A DNA stretch of 64,000 bases, from the NCBI GenBank assembly GCA_963775155.1, contig CAVZHU010000014.1:50297-114296 (forward strand), read 5' to 3'. The notes under the pieces were generated by a model, which was not told the origin of the DNA, did not search any database, and saw only the letters and a program-made list of their open reading frames with translations. Of the stretch, positions 46,121 through 57,503 are shown piece after piece; within the stretch, counting starts at the first letter, position 1; every line of letters begins with the position of its first letter. This stretch comes from an uncultured Actinomycetes bacterium (lineage in GTDB: Bacteria > Actinomycetota > Thermoleophilia > Gaiellales > Gaiellaceae). The translations under genes and the position numbers were made by a program.

Positions 46121-46148
46121 CTCCCTCGTCTGGTTCGGCTGAGCGTAC

Positions 46149-46595
46149 TCAGAGGTCGGCGACCATCGTCACGGTTCCGCCCTCGCGCCGCACCTCGCGG
46201 AAGCCGTGCCGCTCGTAGAAGGCGGTCTGGCCCTGCTGCGCGCCGAGGCTGGTGCGCACGAAGCCGTCCTTGCGTGCGCGCGAGAGCAGCGCCTCGAGGA
46301 GCTCGCCGCCGGTGCCGTGCCCCCGGTGGCTCGGGACGACGGCGATCGTCAGCTCCGGCGTCTGCTCGTCGACGAAGCCGAAGCCCGGCGCCGCCTCCGG
46401 AAAGAGGCGGTACCACGCGGCCCCGTACACGTTCGTGCCGGTGAAGGCGATCACGCCCGCGTCGCCCCTCCTGCCCCAGTTGTGGACGTAGCGGAAGACG
46501 GGCAGGTCCGGATCCTGCGCGAGCCGCCAGTAGTAGGCGTGCCGGAGCATGTCGCGGAGGAACCGGACGTCTTTGCTGTCGACCGGGCGGAGCAT
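46149..46595 (-). CDS. GNAT-family N-acetyltransferase
   Basis: 148 aa with VPSHRGHGTGGELLEALLSRA...FYERHGF. Confidence 0.8.
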   Translation of the reverse strand: MLRPVDSKDVRFLRDMLRHAYYWRLAQDPDLPVFRYVHNWGRRGDAGVIAFTGTNVYGAAWYRLFPEAAPGFGFVDEQTPELTIAVVPSHRGHGTGGELLEALLSRARKDGFVRTSLGAQQGQTAFYERHGFREVRREGGTVTMVADL

Positions 46596-46759
46596 CTAGT
46601 CGTCGCTCCGGCAAGTAGCAGCACCCCTTGTCCGGCTGCAAACCGTCGCACTCCGGCGTCCTCGGTCGGCGACGTGCCGTCGGGTACGCGGCCTCCCTGC
46701 GTCCTTGGCCTGCTCGGCTCTCGCGCGGCCAAACGGCACTGGACTCACCGGAGCAACCA

Positions 46760-47964
46760 CTAGAGCGCGAGCCCCGGCTCCTCGAGGCCCTCCTTGACGG
46801 CGCGGAGGAAGGCGGCGGCAGGCGCGCCGTCGACTGCGCGGTGGTCGAACGTGACGACGAGCGTCAGCATCGGCCTCACGGCGAGCTCACCGCCGACCGG
46901 CACGACACGCTCCTCCGTCGCGCCCACGGCGACGATCGCCGCCTGCGGCGGGTTGAGCACGGCGGTGAAGCTCTCGACCGCGTACATGCCGAGATTCGAG
47001 AGCGTGAACGTGCCGCCGTCGAGATCCTCCGCACGCAGCCGGCTCTCTCGCGCTCTCGTCACGAGGTCCGCGCGCAGCGCGGCGATCTCTGCCAGCGAGA
47101 GCCGCTCGGCGCTGCGGATCACCGGCACGACGAGCCCCTGCGGCGCTGCGACTGCGATGCCCACGTTCGCGCTCGGGTGGAGCAGGATCGCCTCGTCGGT
47201 CCACTCGGCGTTGACCTCCCGATGGCGGACGAGCGCGGCGGCGCAGACCTTCGTCAGGACGTCCGTGACCGTGACGCGAAGCTCCGGTTCCCGCTCGCGC
47301 AGCTTCGCGACGAGCGCGTTCACGCGTGTCATGTCCGCCGAGGCCTGGAGCTGGAAGACCGGCACCTGCCACGCCTGCGTCAGGCGGCGCGCGATCGTCT
47401 TGCGGACGTTCGAGAGCGGCCTCCGCTCGACCTCGCCCGCAGGGGCAGGAGCTTGTAGCAGTCTGTTACTTGCCGGAGCCGGACCGCCGGCTCCCGACCG
47501 CTCGACGTCCTCGGCGACGATGCGGCCGTCCGGTCCGGTGCCGCGGATCGCCGCGAGGTCGAGCCCCCGCTCCCGGGCCATGCGGCGGGCGAGCGGCGAC
47601 GCCTTGAGCCGGCCGTTCGCCGGCGCGGCGGCGGGCTCGGACTGCGGCGCGCGCTCGATCCACCGCTTCGCCGGCGCGGGCTCGGGCGGGTGGGAGGAGC
47701 CGACGGTGTTGCCTCCGGCACGTCCTCGCCCTGCTCGCCGATGAAGGCGACGGTGCGGCCGACGAACACCTCGCCCTCGGCGACCGTGATCTTGAGCAGG
47801 ACGCCGCTCGTCTCGGCCTCCACCTCCTGCGTCACCTTGTCCGTGTCGACCTCGAACAGGGGCTCCCCCCTCTCCACCGGCTCGCCCTCGGACTTGAGCC
47901 AGCGGACGATCGTGCCGGACTCCATGCCCTGGCCGAGCCGCGGCAGGATGACCTCGGTCGCCAC
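46760..47964 (-). CDS. 2-oxoacid dehydrogenase E2 (dihydrolipoamide acyltransferase); frameshift in the linker (about 47.6-47.7 kb)
   Basis: Lipoyl domain with EVDTDKVTQEVEA. E3/E1-binding segment ARERGLDLAAIRGTGPDGRI. Catalytic FDHRAVDGA. Confidence 0.88.
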
Positions 47965-47967
47965 TCG

Positions 47968-48948
47968 CTACCCCTTGCCGACGGTGCGCTTGATCGCCGC
48001 GAGCACGTCCTCGGCGTGCGGGACGAGGAACGCCTCCATGACGGGAGCGAACGCCAGCGGCGCGAACTTGGCGCCGACGCGCTCGATCGGCGCGTCGAGC
48101 CAGTCGAAAGCCTCGTACTGGAGCACGGCCGCCACCTCGGCGCCGAAGCCCATCCGGGTCACGGCCTCGTGAGCGACGACGGCACGGTTCGTCTTCTTCA
48201 CCGACGCTACGAGCGTCTCCTCGTCGAGCGGCTGCAGCGTACGGGGATCCACGACCTCGACGGAGATGCCGTCGCGCTCCGCCGCCTCCGCCGCCTTCAG
48301 GCTCTCGTGCACGAGCCGTCCGGTCGCGATCACCGTCACGTCCGCCCCCTCCCGGTGGACGCGCGCCCGGCCGAGCGGGATCGGCTCGATCTCCTCCGGA
48401 ACCTCGCCCTTGATCGGATAGAGCGTCCGATGCTCGAAGAAGACGACGGGGTTGTCGTCGTAGATCGACGACCAGAGCAGCCCGCGCACGTCCTCCGGCG
48501 TGGAGGCGAACACGACCTTGAGCCCCGGGATGTGGACGAACCAGGCCTCGAGTTGCTGCGCGTGCTGCGCGCCCGGAGACCAGCCGGCGCCGCCCTGGGT
48601 CCGGAAGACGACCGGGACGCTGACCTGCCCGCCCGACATGTAGCGGTGCTTTGCCGCCTGATTGACGATCTGCTCGGTCGCGAGCGTGAGGAAGTCCTCG
48701 TACATGATCTCGGCGACGGGCCGCATCCCCTGCAACGCGGCGCCGATGGCCGCTCCCGCGATCGCCATCTCCGAGATCGGCGCGTTGCGGACGCGGTCGG
48801 GCCCGAACTCGTCGACCATCCCATGCGTCACGCCCATCGAGCCACCCATCTCGGCGATGTCCTCGCCCATGACGAACACGTCCTCGTCCTGGCGCATCGC
48901 CTGGACGAGCGCGTCGCGGACGGCTTCGCGGTAGGTCAGCTCAGGCAT
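47968..48948 (-). CDS. 2-oxoacid dehydrogenase E1 beta subunit
   Basis: 326 aa. MGEDIAEMGG, transketolase-like pyrimidine-binding and C-terminal domains recognisable. Confidence 0.88.
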   Translation of the reverse strand: MPELTYREAVRDALVQAMRQDEDVFVMGEDIAEMGGSMGVTHGMVDEFGPDRVRNAPISEMAIAGAAIGAALQGMRPVAEIMYEDFLTLATEQIVNQAAKHRYMSGGQVSVPVVFRTQGGAGWSPGAQHAQQLEAWFVHIPGLKVVFASTPEDVRGLLWSSIYDDNPVVFFEHRTLYPIKGEVPEEIEPIPLGRARVHREGADVTVIATGRLVHESLKAAEAAERDGISVEVVDPRTLQPLDEETLVASVKKTNRAVVAHEAVTRMGFGAEVAAVLQYEAFDWLDAPIERVGAKFAPLAFAPVMEAFLVPHAEDVLAAIKRTVGKG

Positions 48949-48949
48949 C

Positions 48950-49921
48950 TCACGCGTACACGTTCTTCAGCGCATCCTCGGGAGCGGGATCGGTCGCTCC
49001 CTGCGCGAACTCGACCGACGCCTCGACGATCTCCGTCACCTCGGCGTCGAGCTCCGCGAAGTCCTCGTCGGGGACGCCGATCTTCTCGCGCAGCAGCCCG
49101 ATCGGATCACGTGTCTCGCCCAGCTCCCGCGCCTCCTCGCGGTCGCGGTAGACCTGCGGGTCGCCGATGTAATGGCCCGAGAAGCGGATGGTCTCGAGAT
49201 GGACGAAGACGGGACCGTCGCCGCCGCGCGCATGGTCGAGCGCCTTCCGTGCCGTCTTGTACACAGCCTCGACGTCCTGGCCGTCGACCTTCAGCGCCTT
49301 CATCCCGAATGCCTTGGCGCGCTCGGAGAGGTCGCGGATCGGGGAGTGCTGCCACTCCGGAGTCGACTCCGCCCACCTGTTGTCCTCGAGCACGAACACG
49401 GCGGGCACCTGCCAGAGCTGGGCGAGGTTCAACGCCTCGTGGAAGGTGCCGATGTTCGTCGCGCCGTCACCGAAGAAGGCGACCGCGACACGCGGCTCCC
49501 CGCGGAGCTTGAAGGCGAGAGCGGCGCCCGCGATCTGCGGGAGCCCGCCTCCGACGACCGCGTTCGCGCCCATGTTGCCGCGCTCGACGTCGTAGAGGTG
49601 CATCGAGCCGCCGTAGCCGTGCGAGCACCCCTCCTGCTTTCCGTACAGCTCGGCCATGAGCTCGTTCGGATGCGTCCCCTTCGCGAGCGTGTGCCCGTGG
49701 GCGCGGTGCGTAGAGGCGATGACGTCGCCGTCCTCGAGCGCGCGGCAAACCCCGACCGCGCAGGCCTCCTGGCCGATGGCGACGTGGAGAAAGCCCGGCA
49801 GATCGCCTGCCCGGAACCTCTCCTCGACCTTCTCCTCGAAGCGCCGGATGAGAAGCATCTCGCGCAGCACGTCCCCGAGCTCGCCCTTCGCCAGGCTCGC
49901 TCTCCGCTCCACCTTGGCCAC
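48950..49921 (-). CDS. 2-oxoacid dehydrogenase E1 alpha subunit (TPP-dependent)
   Basis: 323 aa. TPP motif region GDGATNIGTFHEALNLA...VLEDNRWA. Confidence 0.88.
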   Translation of the reverse strand: MAKVERRASLAKGELGDVLREMLLIRRFEEKVEERFRAGDLPGFLHVAIGQEACAVGVCRALEDGDVIASTHRAHGHTLAKGTHPNELMAELYGKQEGCSHGYGGSMHLYDVERGNMGANAVVGGGLPQIAGAALAFKLRGEPRVAVAFFGDGATNIGTFHEALNLAQLWQVPAVFVLEDNRWAESTPEWQHSPIRDLSERAKAFGMKALKVDGQDVEAVYKTARKALDHARGGDGPVFVHLETIRFSGHYIGDPQVYRDREEARELGETRDPIGLLREKIGVPDEDFAELDAEVTEIVEASVEFAQGATDPAPEDALKNVYA

Positions 49922-49944
49922 GGGTCGAGTGTACGGTTCCCGCC

Positions 49945-50586
49945 GTGCGGCTTGTCGAACGGTGGAATCTGATCGAGAACGGTCTGGATCCGAGGTGGAA
50001 CGAAGCCACGCTGAGCCTCACCGTCCACGACGACGAGGCGCGATCCCGCGCGGCTGCGCTGCTCGCGCCGGCCGGCCCGGGTCTCGCGGGACGGGAGATC
50101 CGCGTCTACGTGACACGCTCCGGGGCGGGAATCGGACCCGAGGCCGCGCGCCGGCTGCTCGGCCGCATCGACGACGAGGGTGTCGTCGGGCGTCTGGAGC
50201 TCGTCTCGGCGAGCGAGTCGGAGGCGCCGCCGCAGGTGGCGCAGCCGCTGCTCGCCGCCGAGTGGGAAGCCGCGCTCGAGGTGCTCCCGTCCGACTGGAG
50301 CGACCTCGTCGTCGAGCTCGAGCTCGACTCGAGCGCCGACGTCGACCGCGCGGCCGTCCTCTGCGCACCGCTCAACCCGATTCAGACGACGGGCGGGCCG
50401 GGCTTCCGCTTGCGCTGCGCGAGCGCGCACGGCTACGGCGCCTCGCCGGGAATGGTCGCCCGCTGCCTCGCCCGCCTCGACGGAGAGCAGATCACCGGCC
50501 GCGTGCGGATCGCGCGCGTCCTCAGCGACGTCCACCCGGTCGGGACGCAGGGGCCCATCTTCCTCGTCGGCCGCCGCCCGGTCTGA
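49945..50586 (+). CDS. hypothetical protein
   Basis: 213-aa ORF with coding-like composition. Only 23 nt from the divergent E1 alpha start, so the true start may be later. No family recognised. Confidence 0.45.
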   Translation: MRLVERWNLIENGLDPRWNEATLSLTVHDDEARSRAAALLAPAGPGLAGREIRVYVTRSGAGIGPEAARRLLGRIDDEGVVGRLELVSASESEAPPQVAQPLLAAEWEAALEVLPSDWSDLVVELELDSSADVDRAAVLCAPLNPIQTTGGPGFRLRCASAHGYGASPGMVARCLARLDGEQITGRVRIARVLSDVHPVGTQGPIFLVGRRPV

Positions 50587-50598
50587 GGCTCGACCGAC

Positions 50599-51996
50599 GT
50601 GAGCGAGCTCGCCTTCGCGGGGCCGCTCGAACTAGCCGCGCAGGTGCGGGCACGCGACGTGTCGCCGCTCGAGCTCGTCGACCTCTATCTCGAGCGGATC
50701 GAGCGGATCGACCCGCAGCTGAACGCCTATGTCACGGTCGATGCCGAGCAGGCGCGGGCGGAGGCGCGCGCGGCCGAGTCTGCCCCCGACGCTCCGTTCC
50801 GCGGAGTTCCGCTCCCGATCAAGGACCTCACCGAGACGGCCGGCCTGCGGACGACGTATTCGACGAAGGCGTTCGCCGACAACGTGCCGGAGGCGGACGC
50901 AGCCGTCGTCCGGCGGCTGCGCGAGGCGGGGTTCGTCGTCCTCGGCAAGACGAACACGCCTGAGCTCGGGACGATCGCGCAGACGGAGTCGGAGCTGAAC
51001 GGCGTCTGCCGCAACCCCTGGAACCCGGACCTGACGCCGGGCGGCTCGAGCGGCGGCGCCGCCGCGGCCGTCGCGGCCGGGCTCGCACCGGCGGCACACG
51101 GGAGCGACGGCGGCGGCTCGATCCGGACGCCCGCGTCCTGCTGCGGGCTCGTCGGAATCAAGCCCTCCCGTGGACGCGTCACGCCTGCGCCGTACGGACC
51201 AGGCCCGCTCGGACTCTCCACCGCCGGCCCGCTCGCCCGCACGGTCCGAGACGCCGCCGCCCTGCTCGACGCCATGGCGGGCCCCGAGCCGGGCGACCCG
51301 TTCGTCGCGCCGGCGCCCGAGCGCCCGTTTCTCGCCGAGGCCGACGAGGAGCCCGGGCGGCTGCGTGTCGCCGTCACGCTCGAGCCGCCGATCGAGGTGC
51401 CGGTCGATCCGGCCTGCACCGCCGCGGCGCGCTCGGCCGCCGACCTCCTCGCGGAGCTCGGGCACGACGTCGTCGAGGCGACGCCGCCGTGGCAGAGCGA
51501 GGAGGTGCTCGTCCACTTCATCCGGGTCTGGCAGGTCTTCGCCGCGATCGCCGGCGTCGAGGACCTGTCGCTGCTCGAGCCGATCAACCGCGCCCTCGCC
51601 GAGGACGCGCTCGCGACGCCGAGCCCGGCATTCGCAGCCGCGGTCTACATCCTTCAGGCGGAGGCCCGGCGGATCGTCGGCTTCTGGCAGCAGGTCGACG
51701 TCGTGCTCACGCCCACGCTCGCCCTCCCGCCGGTGCCGATCGGCTGGACGTTCGAGGAGACCGACGGCGACGCCCGTCTCGCCTTCGCACGCCAGACGCT
51801 CTTCACGCCCTTCACGCCGCTCGTGAACGTGACCGGCCAGCCGGCGCTGTCCCTCCCGCTCCACTGGACCGAGTCGGGCATCCCGATCGGCGTCCAGCTG
51901 ATCGGCGCGCCGTTCGCGGACGCGACACTCGTGCGGCTGGCCTCGCAGCTCGAGCGGGCGCGCCCCTGGCACGACCGCCGGGCGCCGATCTCGTGA
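50599..51996 (+). CDS. amidase-signature family amidase (GatA-like)
   Basis: GGSSGGAAAAVAAGLAPAAHGSDGGGSIRTPASCCGLVGIKPSRG. Confidence 0.88.
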   Translation: MSELAFAGPLELAAQVRARDVSPLELVDLYLERIERIDPQLNAYVTVDAEQARAEARAAESAPDAPFRGVPLPIKDLTETAGLRTTYSTKAFADNVPEADAAVVRRLREAGFVVLGKTNTPELGTIAQTESELNGVCRNPWNPDLTPGGSSGGAAAAVAAGLAPAAHGSDGGGSIRTPASCCGLVGIKPSRGRVTPAPYGPGPLGLSTAGPLARTVRDAAALLDAMAGPEPGDPFVAPAPERPFLAEADEEPGRLRVAVTLEPPIEVPVDPACTAAARSAADLLAELGHDVVEATPPWQSEEVLVHFIRVWQVFAAIAGVEDLSLLEPINRALAEDALATPSPAFAAAVYILQAEARRIVGFWQQVDVVLTPTLALPPVPIGWTFEETDGDARLAFARQTLFTPFTPLVNVTGQPALSLPLHWTESGIPIGVQLIGAPFADATLVRLASQLERARPWHDRRAPIS

Positions 51997-52071
51997 CCTG
52001 AGCCCGGCTGAGCAGGCCGCAGGAACGGGCCGGCTCGACTACGGTGCGACCGTGCTGGGAATGAGGAAGGT

Positions 52072-52452
52072 GTGAACGGCTTGGGCCTCTCCGGGGCAAC
52101 ACGGCGCGTGGCCGACCACGCTCGCTCGCTCGTCCAACTCGAGCTCGAGCTGGCTGCCGTCGAGATCAAGCGGAAGCTCACGGCGCTCGGGATCGGGATC
52201 GGCCTGACGCTCACCGCCGCCGTGCTCGGGTTCTTCGCGCTCGCGGTCGGCCTCGCAGCGGGCGTCGCCGGAATCGCGGTCGCGCTCCCGGTCTGGCTCG
52301 CGCTGCTCATCGTCTTCGGTGGGCTGCTTCTGCTCGTCGCCATCCTCGGCGGCGTCGGCGTTCGCGCTTCTCCGCCGTGGCGCGAGACCGCTGCCGGAGA
52401 AGGCGATCGACGAGGCCCGAGTCACGACGGAGGCGCTACGGAATGGCCACTG
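52072..52452 (+). CDS. Holin-X-like (holin superfamily III, Phage_holin_3_6-like) small membrane protein; frameshift near 52370
   Basis: LVQLELELAAVEIKRK then two helices. The tail ...FLRRGARPLPEKAIDEARVTTEALRNGH is in the adjacent frame. Confidence 0.5.
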
Positions 52453-52631
52453 AGACCGAGATCCGCCGCCGGCTCGCCGACGAGCGCCGAGAGCTCACCG
52501 AAGCGGTGACCTCGCTGCGCGAGGAGCTCGGGCAGGCGGCCGCACGCGGCAAGAAGGTCGGCGCGGGAGTCGGAGCGGCGACGGGCGCTGCCTTCCTCGC
52601 ACGACTGCTGCTCCGCCTGCGGCGGAACTAG
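52443..52631 (+). CDS. DUF3618-like small protein
   Basis: MATETEIRRRLADERRELTEAVTSLREELG, then a hydrophobic tail. Its start overlaps the previous gene's end. Confidence 0.5.
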   Translation: MATETEIRRRLADERRELTEAVTSLREELGQAAARGKKVGAGVGAATGAAFLARLLLRLRRN

Positions 52632-54884
52632 GCCCGCAAGACGGCGCCGAACCGCTTCGCCAGCGCATCGACGATCGCGGAGCGCACGGGTGCGACGTCC
52701 TCGTCCGCGAGCGTCCGCTCCGGCGAGCCGAAGGCGACACGGAAGGCAAGCGACCGCTTTCCTTCGCCGACCTGCGGCCCGCGGTACTCGTCGAAGGCCT
52801 CGACCTCGCGCAGCAGCTCTCCGCCGGCCTCGCGGATCGCAGCGACGAGCTCTGCCGCCGGCACCTCCTCGTCGACGACGAAGGCGAGGTCCTGCCGCAC
52901 CTCCGGGTACGGGCTCACCTCGGAGACGGAGAGCCCCGCCGGCGCGACGGCGGCGAGCGCGTCCAGATCGAGCTCGAAGGCGCCCCAGACACCTTCGAGC
53001 TGGTCGGGGTGGAGCTCGCCGAGCCAGCCCTCTGCCGTGCCCGCCGCCTTGCCGGGATGAAGGAACGGCTCGCTCGCCCGCTCGTAGCGCGGCTCGATGC
53101 GGAGCGCGGCGTAGAGCTGCTCGACCGCCCACTTCGCCGGCGCGAGCCCGCCCTCGACGATCGCGGCGACGTGCCACGGCTCCCGGCCGACCTCCGGATA
53201 GACGCGGGCGATCTCGAACAACGCGACGTCTTCGACGTCGACGCCGACGTTCGCCCGCGCAGCGGCGACGAGGCTCGGCAGCAGCGACTCGCGCATGGCG
53301 GAGAGGTCGGCCGAGAGCGGCTCCGGCAACGTGATCGGGCCGGAGGCCGTGAAGGACGGCGTGTACGCCTCGGAGTAGCCGCAGCCGACGAGGACGTCTT
53401 CGGCGACACGCCGCAGCCGCTGCCAGCGCGTCAGCCGTCCGAACATCGCCTTCCGGGTGGGCAAGGTGAACGGGATCGACGGAAGCTCGAAGCGCGCGAC
53501 CTCCTCGACGAGGTCGATCTCGCGCGTGACATCGCGCGCCCGCCATGTCGGGACCCGGAAGCCGCCCTTCTTCTGCGGCGCGAAGCCGACCCGCGTCAAG
53601 ATCTGCTCCTGCCGCTCGGCGGGAACGTCGAGGCCGAGCACCTCGCTCGCCCGCTCGGGACGTAGCCGCAACACCGCCGGCTGCGGCAGCTCGCCCTGCA
53701 CGTCCGTCGCGCCGGTCCAGCGCGCGCCGGACAGCTCCACGATGAGCTGCGTCGCGAGCGCGGCGGCCGGCCCGGCGAGATACGGGTCGACGCCCTTCTC
53801 CCAGCGGTTCGAGCCCTCGGTGCGCAGCCCGAGCCGCTCGGAGCTGCGGAGGATGCCGACCGGCTCGAAGTTGGCCGCCTCGAGCAGGACGCTCGTCGTA
53901 GCCTCCGAGACCTCGGTCTCCTCGCCTCCCATGATCCCGGCGAGCGCGATCGAGCGCTTCGCGTCGGCAATCATCAGATCCTCGGTCGTCAGCGTGCGCA
54001 ACGTGCCGTCGAGCGTCCGCAGCTGCTCGTCCTTCTTCGCGCGGCGTACGAGGACCCGGGCACCGGAAAGCGTGTCGGAGTCGAAGGCGTGGAGCGGGTT
54101 GCCGAGCGCGAGCATCACGTAGTTCGTCACGTCGACGACGTTGGAGATCGCCCGCACGCCGGCGTCGCGCAGCCGGAACTTCAGCCAGAGCGGCGACTCG
54201 GCGACGGTCACGTCTCGGAAGAGCCGGCCGACGTAGCGGGGGCAGCCGGCGAGATCGTCCACACGCACGTCGACCTCCTCGGCGGCGTCCTTCGGCGGGT
54301 CGACGCCGGGCATGGGCGCGAGCTCGCCGTCCAGCAGCGCAGCGACCTCCCGCGCGAGCCCGTAGACGGAGAGCAGGTCGACGCGGTTCCCCGTCGGGTC
54401 GACGTCGAGGATCTCCTCGACGAGCGGCAGCGCCGCGGCGAGCGGCGAGCCGGGCTCCAGCCCGTCGGGGAGGACGATGATCCCCGTATGGTCGGTGCCG
54501 AGCTCGATCTCGTCCTCGGCGAGGATCATCCCCTCCGACATCTGGCCGCGCAGCTCGCGCCGATCGAGCGTGATCCCGTTCGCGAGCGTCGCGCCCGGCA
54601 GCGCGACCGCGACCGTCGCCCCGGCGCCGAAGTTCCAGGCGCCGCAGACGATCTGGGCCGGCTCGCCGGCGCCGACGTCGACACGGCAGAGCTGGAGCCG
54701 GTCGGCATTGGGATGCTTGTCCGCCTCGAGCACGCGGCCGACGACGAAGCGCGAGGGATCGGCCGGCCACGCGGCGCTCGATGCCGATCACCTCGGCGGC
54801 GGAGATGGAGAGCGCCTCGGCGATCCGCTCCGCGTCCGCGTCGACGCGCACGTACTCGCGCAACCAGGAAAGCGGAGCCTTCAC
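52628..54884 (-). CDS. pheT: phenylalanine--tRNA ligase beta subunit; frameshift near 54.75 kb
   Basis: N-terminus (M)KAPLSWLREYV lies in one frame. The tRNA-binding domain KHPNADRLQLCRVDVG and the rest are in ORF 52628..54733. GTGA overlap with pheS. Confidence 0.88.
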
Positions 54885-55915
54885 CTGAGCCGCCTCAGGA
54901 AGCGCAGGTCGTTCTCCCAGAACGGCCTGATCGTCGGGATGTCGTAGCGCAGCTGAGCGGCGCGCTCGAGGCCGAGCCCGAACGCGAAGCCGCCCCATTC
55001 GTCCGGGTCGAGCCCGACGTTCGAGAGCACCCTCGGGTCGACCATCCCCGAGCCGCCGATCTCGATCCAGCCGGACCACTTGCACGTCGGGCAACCGGCG
55101 CCGCCGCAGACGCCGCACGAGACGTCGGGCTCCATCGACGGCTCGGTGAACGGGAAGTAGTGGGTGCGGAAGCGCACCTCGCGCTCTTCGCCGAAGAGGG
55201 CGCGCATCACGTGCAGCAGCGTCCCCTTGAGGTCGGCCATCGTGATGCCGCGGTCGATGGCGAGCCCCTCGAACTGGTGGAAGATCGGGAAGCGCGTCGG
55301 CGTGATCGCGTCGCGCCGGTAGACGCGACCGATCGAGACCATGTAGATCGGCGGCGGCTTCTCCTCGAGGGCATAGATCTGCGACGGCGAGGTCTCCGTG
55401 CGCAAGACGTGCCCGGCATCGACGTAGAACGTGTCGCGAGCCGACCGCGCCGGATGCCACTCCGGGAACGCGAGCTTGTCGAAGTTGTACTCGACGGTCT
55501 CGATCTCGCGGTCCTCCCGGATCTCGTAGCCGAGGCCGATGAAGGCATCCTCGACGTCGCGGCGGATCAGCGTCGTCGGATGGAGCGTCCCGCGCGGCCG
55601 CGGACGCAGGTCGCCGAGCAGCTCGGCCGGGAGCGTGACATCGACGCGCTCCGTCGCGAGCCGCAACTCGAGCTCCGTGCGCTCGAGTACCTCCTGCCGC
55701 GCGGCGAACGCCGCCTCGATCGTCTCGCGCACCGCGTTGAGCGCCATGCCGGTCTCGCGGTCGCGCACCTCGCGGAGCGCGAGCTTGAGCGCGCTCTTGC
55801 GGCCGAGGTAGCGGACACGCACCTCGTCGAGCTCCGTGAGCGACGCCGCGGCAGCAGCGGCTGCCAGCGCCTCCCTCTGGACGTCGTCCGGATTCATGGC
55901 GGCGACTGTATCCAA
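54881..55915 (-). CDS. pheS: phenylalanine--tRNA ligase alpha subunit
   Basis: 344 aa with class II motifs (FRTHYFPFTEPS, GSGMVDPRVL...GFAFGLGLER). Confidence 0.92.
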   Translation of the reverse strand: MDTVAAMNPDDVQREALAAAAAAASLTELDEVRVRYLGRKSALKLALREVRDRETGMALNAVRETIEAAFAARQEVLERTELELRLATERVDVTLPAELLGDLRPRPRGTLHPTTLIRRDVEDAFIGLGYEIREDREIETVEYNFDKLAFPEWHPARSARDTFYVDAGHVLRTETSPSQIYALEEKPPPIYMVSIGRVYRRDAITPTRFPIFHQFEGLAIDRGITMADLKGTLLHVMRALFGEEREVRFRTHYFPFTEPSMEPDVSCGVCGGAGCPTCKWSGWIEIGGSGMVDPRVLSNVGLDPDEWGGFAFGLGLERAAQLRYDIPTIRPFWENDLRFLRRLR

Positions 55916-56078
55916 CGGTTTCTCCTCCCTTCTCGGGCACGGATCGGGCGGCTGTCACGCCCCGGCTCGAGCTGCTGGAGGAACCGCGCCCGCTAACGCA
56001 GCGCCGCCCCGGCAGCGAGCCGGGGCCGGATAAAGGCGAAGGTGCGCAGGCGGTGCATCGAGACGGATACTACCGGCG

Positions 56079-56768
56079 ATGAGCGAGTACGACGCCTGGG
56101 CGGCCGTCTACGACGCGTGGAACGCCGACGTGCACCCGGGGGACGTCCCGCACTACTTGGCGCTCGCGCGCGAGGCGGACGGCCCCATCGTCGAGCTGAT
56201 GGTCGGCACCGGCCGCGTCGCGATCGAGGTGGTGCGCGCGACCGGCAAGCCGGTGCTCGGCATCGACTCCTCCGCAGCGATGCTCGAGATCGCCCGGGAG
56301 CGCTCGGCGGGCCTGCCGCTCGAGCTGCGGCTCGGCGACGCCCGCGAGCTCGTCCTCGACGAGCCGGCCGCCCTGATCTACGTGCCGGGCCGCTCCCTCC
56401 TGCACCTGCACGGCTGGCAGGAGAAGCGGCACGTGCTGGAACGGGTCGCGCGCTCGCTGCGGCCGGACGGCCGGCTCGCGTTCAACGTCTTCGTCTTCAG
56501 CCACCAGATCGCAGCCCGCCTCGACGGGACGACGCAGGACCAGAACGGCGTCGTCCACACGCTCCACTACGCGCCGGCCGACAACCGGGTCGACATCGTC
56601 CGCGACGACGGCGCGACCATCCGCCTCTGGTGGGCGACGAGATCCGAGTGGGAAGGGCTGATCGAGGTCGCCGGCCTGGAGGTCGAGGCGCTGTACGGCG
56701 GCTTCGAGCGCGAGCCGTACACCGACGAGTCGCTCGAGATGGTCTGGGTCGCGCGCAGGCCGGCTTGA
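56079..56768 (+). CDS. class I SAM-dependent methyltransferase
   Basis: 229 aa, IVELMVGTGRVAIE motif I. Confidence 0.75.
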   Translation: MSEYDAWAAVYDAWNADVHPGDVPHYLALAREADGPIVELMVGTGRVAIEVVRATGKPVLGIDSSAAMLEIARERSAGLPLELRLGDARELVLDEPAALIYVPGRSLLHLHGWQEKRHVLERVARSLRPDGRLAFNVFVFSHQIAARLDGTTQDQNGVVHTLHYAPADNRVDIVRDDGATIRLWWATRSEWEGLIEVAGLEVEALYGGFEREPYTDESLEMVWVARRPA

Positions 56769-57466
56769 GCGCGTACGACCCGATCGCGCGGCTCTACGAC
56801 CCGTGGAGCGCGAGCGTCGTCGAGGACGTCTCCTTCTACGTCGACGAGGCGCTGGCCGCGGGCGGCGAGGTGGTGGAGCTCGGCGTCGGGACGGGCCGGA
56901 TCGCCATCCCGACGGCGCTCGCGGGCGCGCACGTGATCGGCGTCGACTCCTCGGCGGGGATGCTCGCCGTCTGCGCGGAGCGGGCACGGGAAGCCGGCGT
57001 CGGCCCACGACTCGACCTGCGGCTCGGCGACCTGCGCAGGCCACCTGTCGACGAGCGCGTCCACCTCGTCACGTGCCCGTTTCGCGCCTACCTCCACCTC
57101 CGCGACGACGAGGAGCGGCTGCAGGCGCTCCGCGCGGCGCGTGACCTCCTGCAGCCGGGCGGCAGGCTCGTCTTCGACGTGTTCACGCCCTCGCGCGAGG
57201 ACATCGAGGAGACGGACGGACGGTGGCTCGAGCGCGAGCCCGGCATCGAAGAGCGTGCGGACTGGGATCTCCGCGCCCAGACGCTCACGCTGTCGGTGCG
57301 CGGCAAGGACGGCGAGTCGACGATGACGCTCTGGTGGATCGAGCCGGAGCGGTGGCACTCGCTGCTCGCCGAGGCCGGCTTCGACGTCCTCGCCTGCTAC
57401 GGCTGGTTCGACCGGCGACCGTTCGCAGGCGGCGAGGACAGCGTCTGGATCACCGCCCGGAGATGA
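56765..57466 (+). CDS. class I SAM-dependent methyltransferase (tandem paralog)
   Basis: TTG start overlapping the previous stop. VVELGVGTGRIAIP. Same architecture as the upstream gene. Confidence 0.75.
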   Translation: MSAYDPIARLYDPWSASVVEDVSFYVDEALAAGGEVVELGVGTGRIAIPTALAGAHVIGVDSSAGMLAVCAERAREAGVGPRLDLRLGDLRRPPVDERVHLVTCPFRAYLHLRDDEERLQALRAARDLLQPGGRLVFDVFTPSREDIEETDGRWLEREPGIEERADWDLRAQTLTLSVRGKDGESTMTLWWIEPERWHSLLAEAGFDVLACYGWFDRRPFAGGEDSVWITARR

Positions 57467-57503
57467 TCCATGCAAATTGCGGCAAAATCGTTTCGAGAGA
57501 GTC

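Noticed and set aside
52072-52631. The Holin-X-like gene as evidence of a prophage or lysis cassette
   Set aside because: No endolysin, capsid, terminase or integrase genes are nearby. This small-membrane-protein plus DUF3618 arrangement is a common chromosomal pair in actinobacteria.
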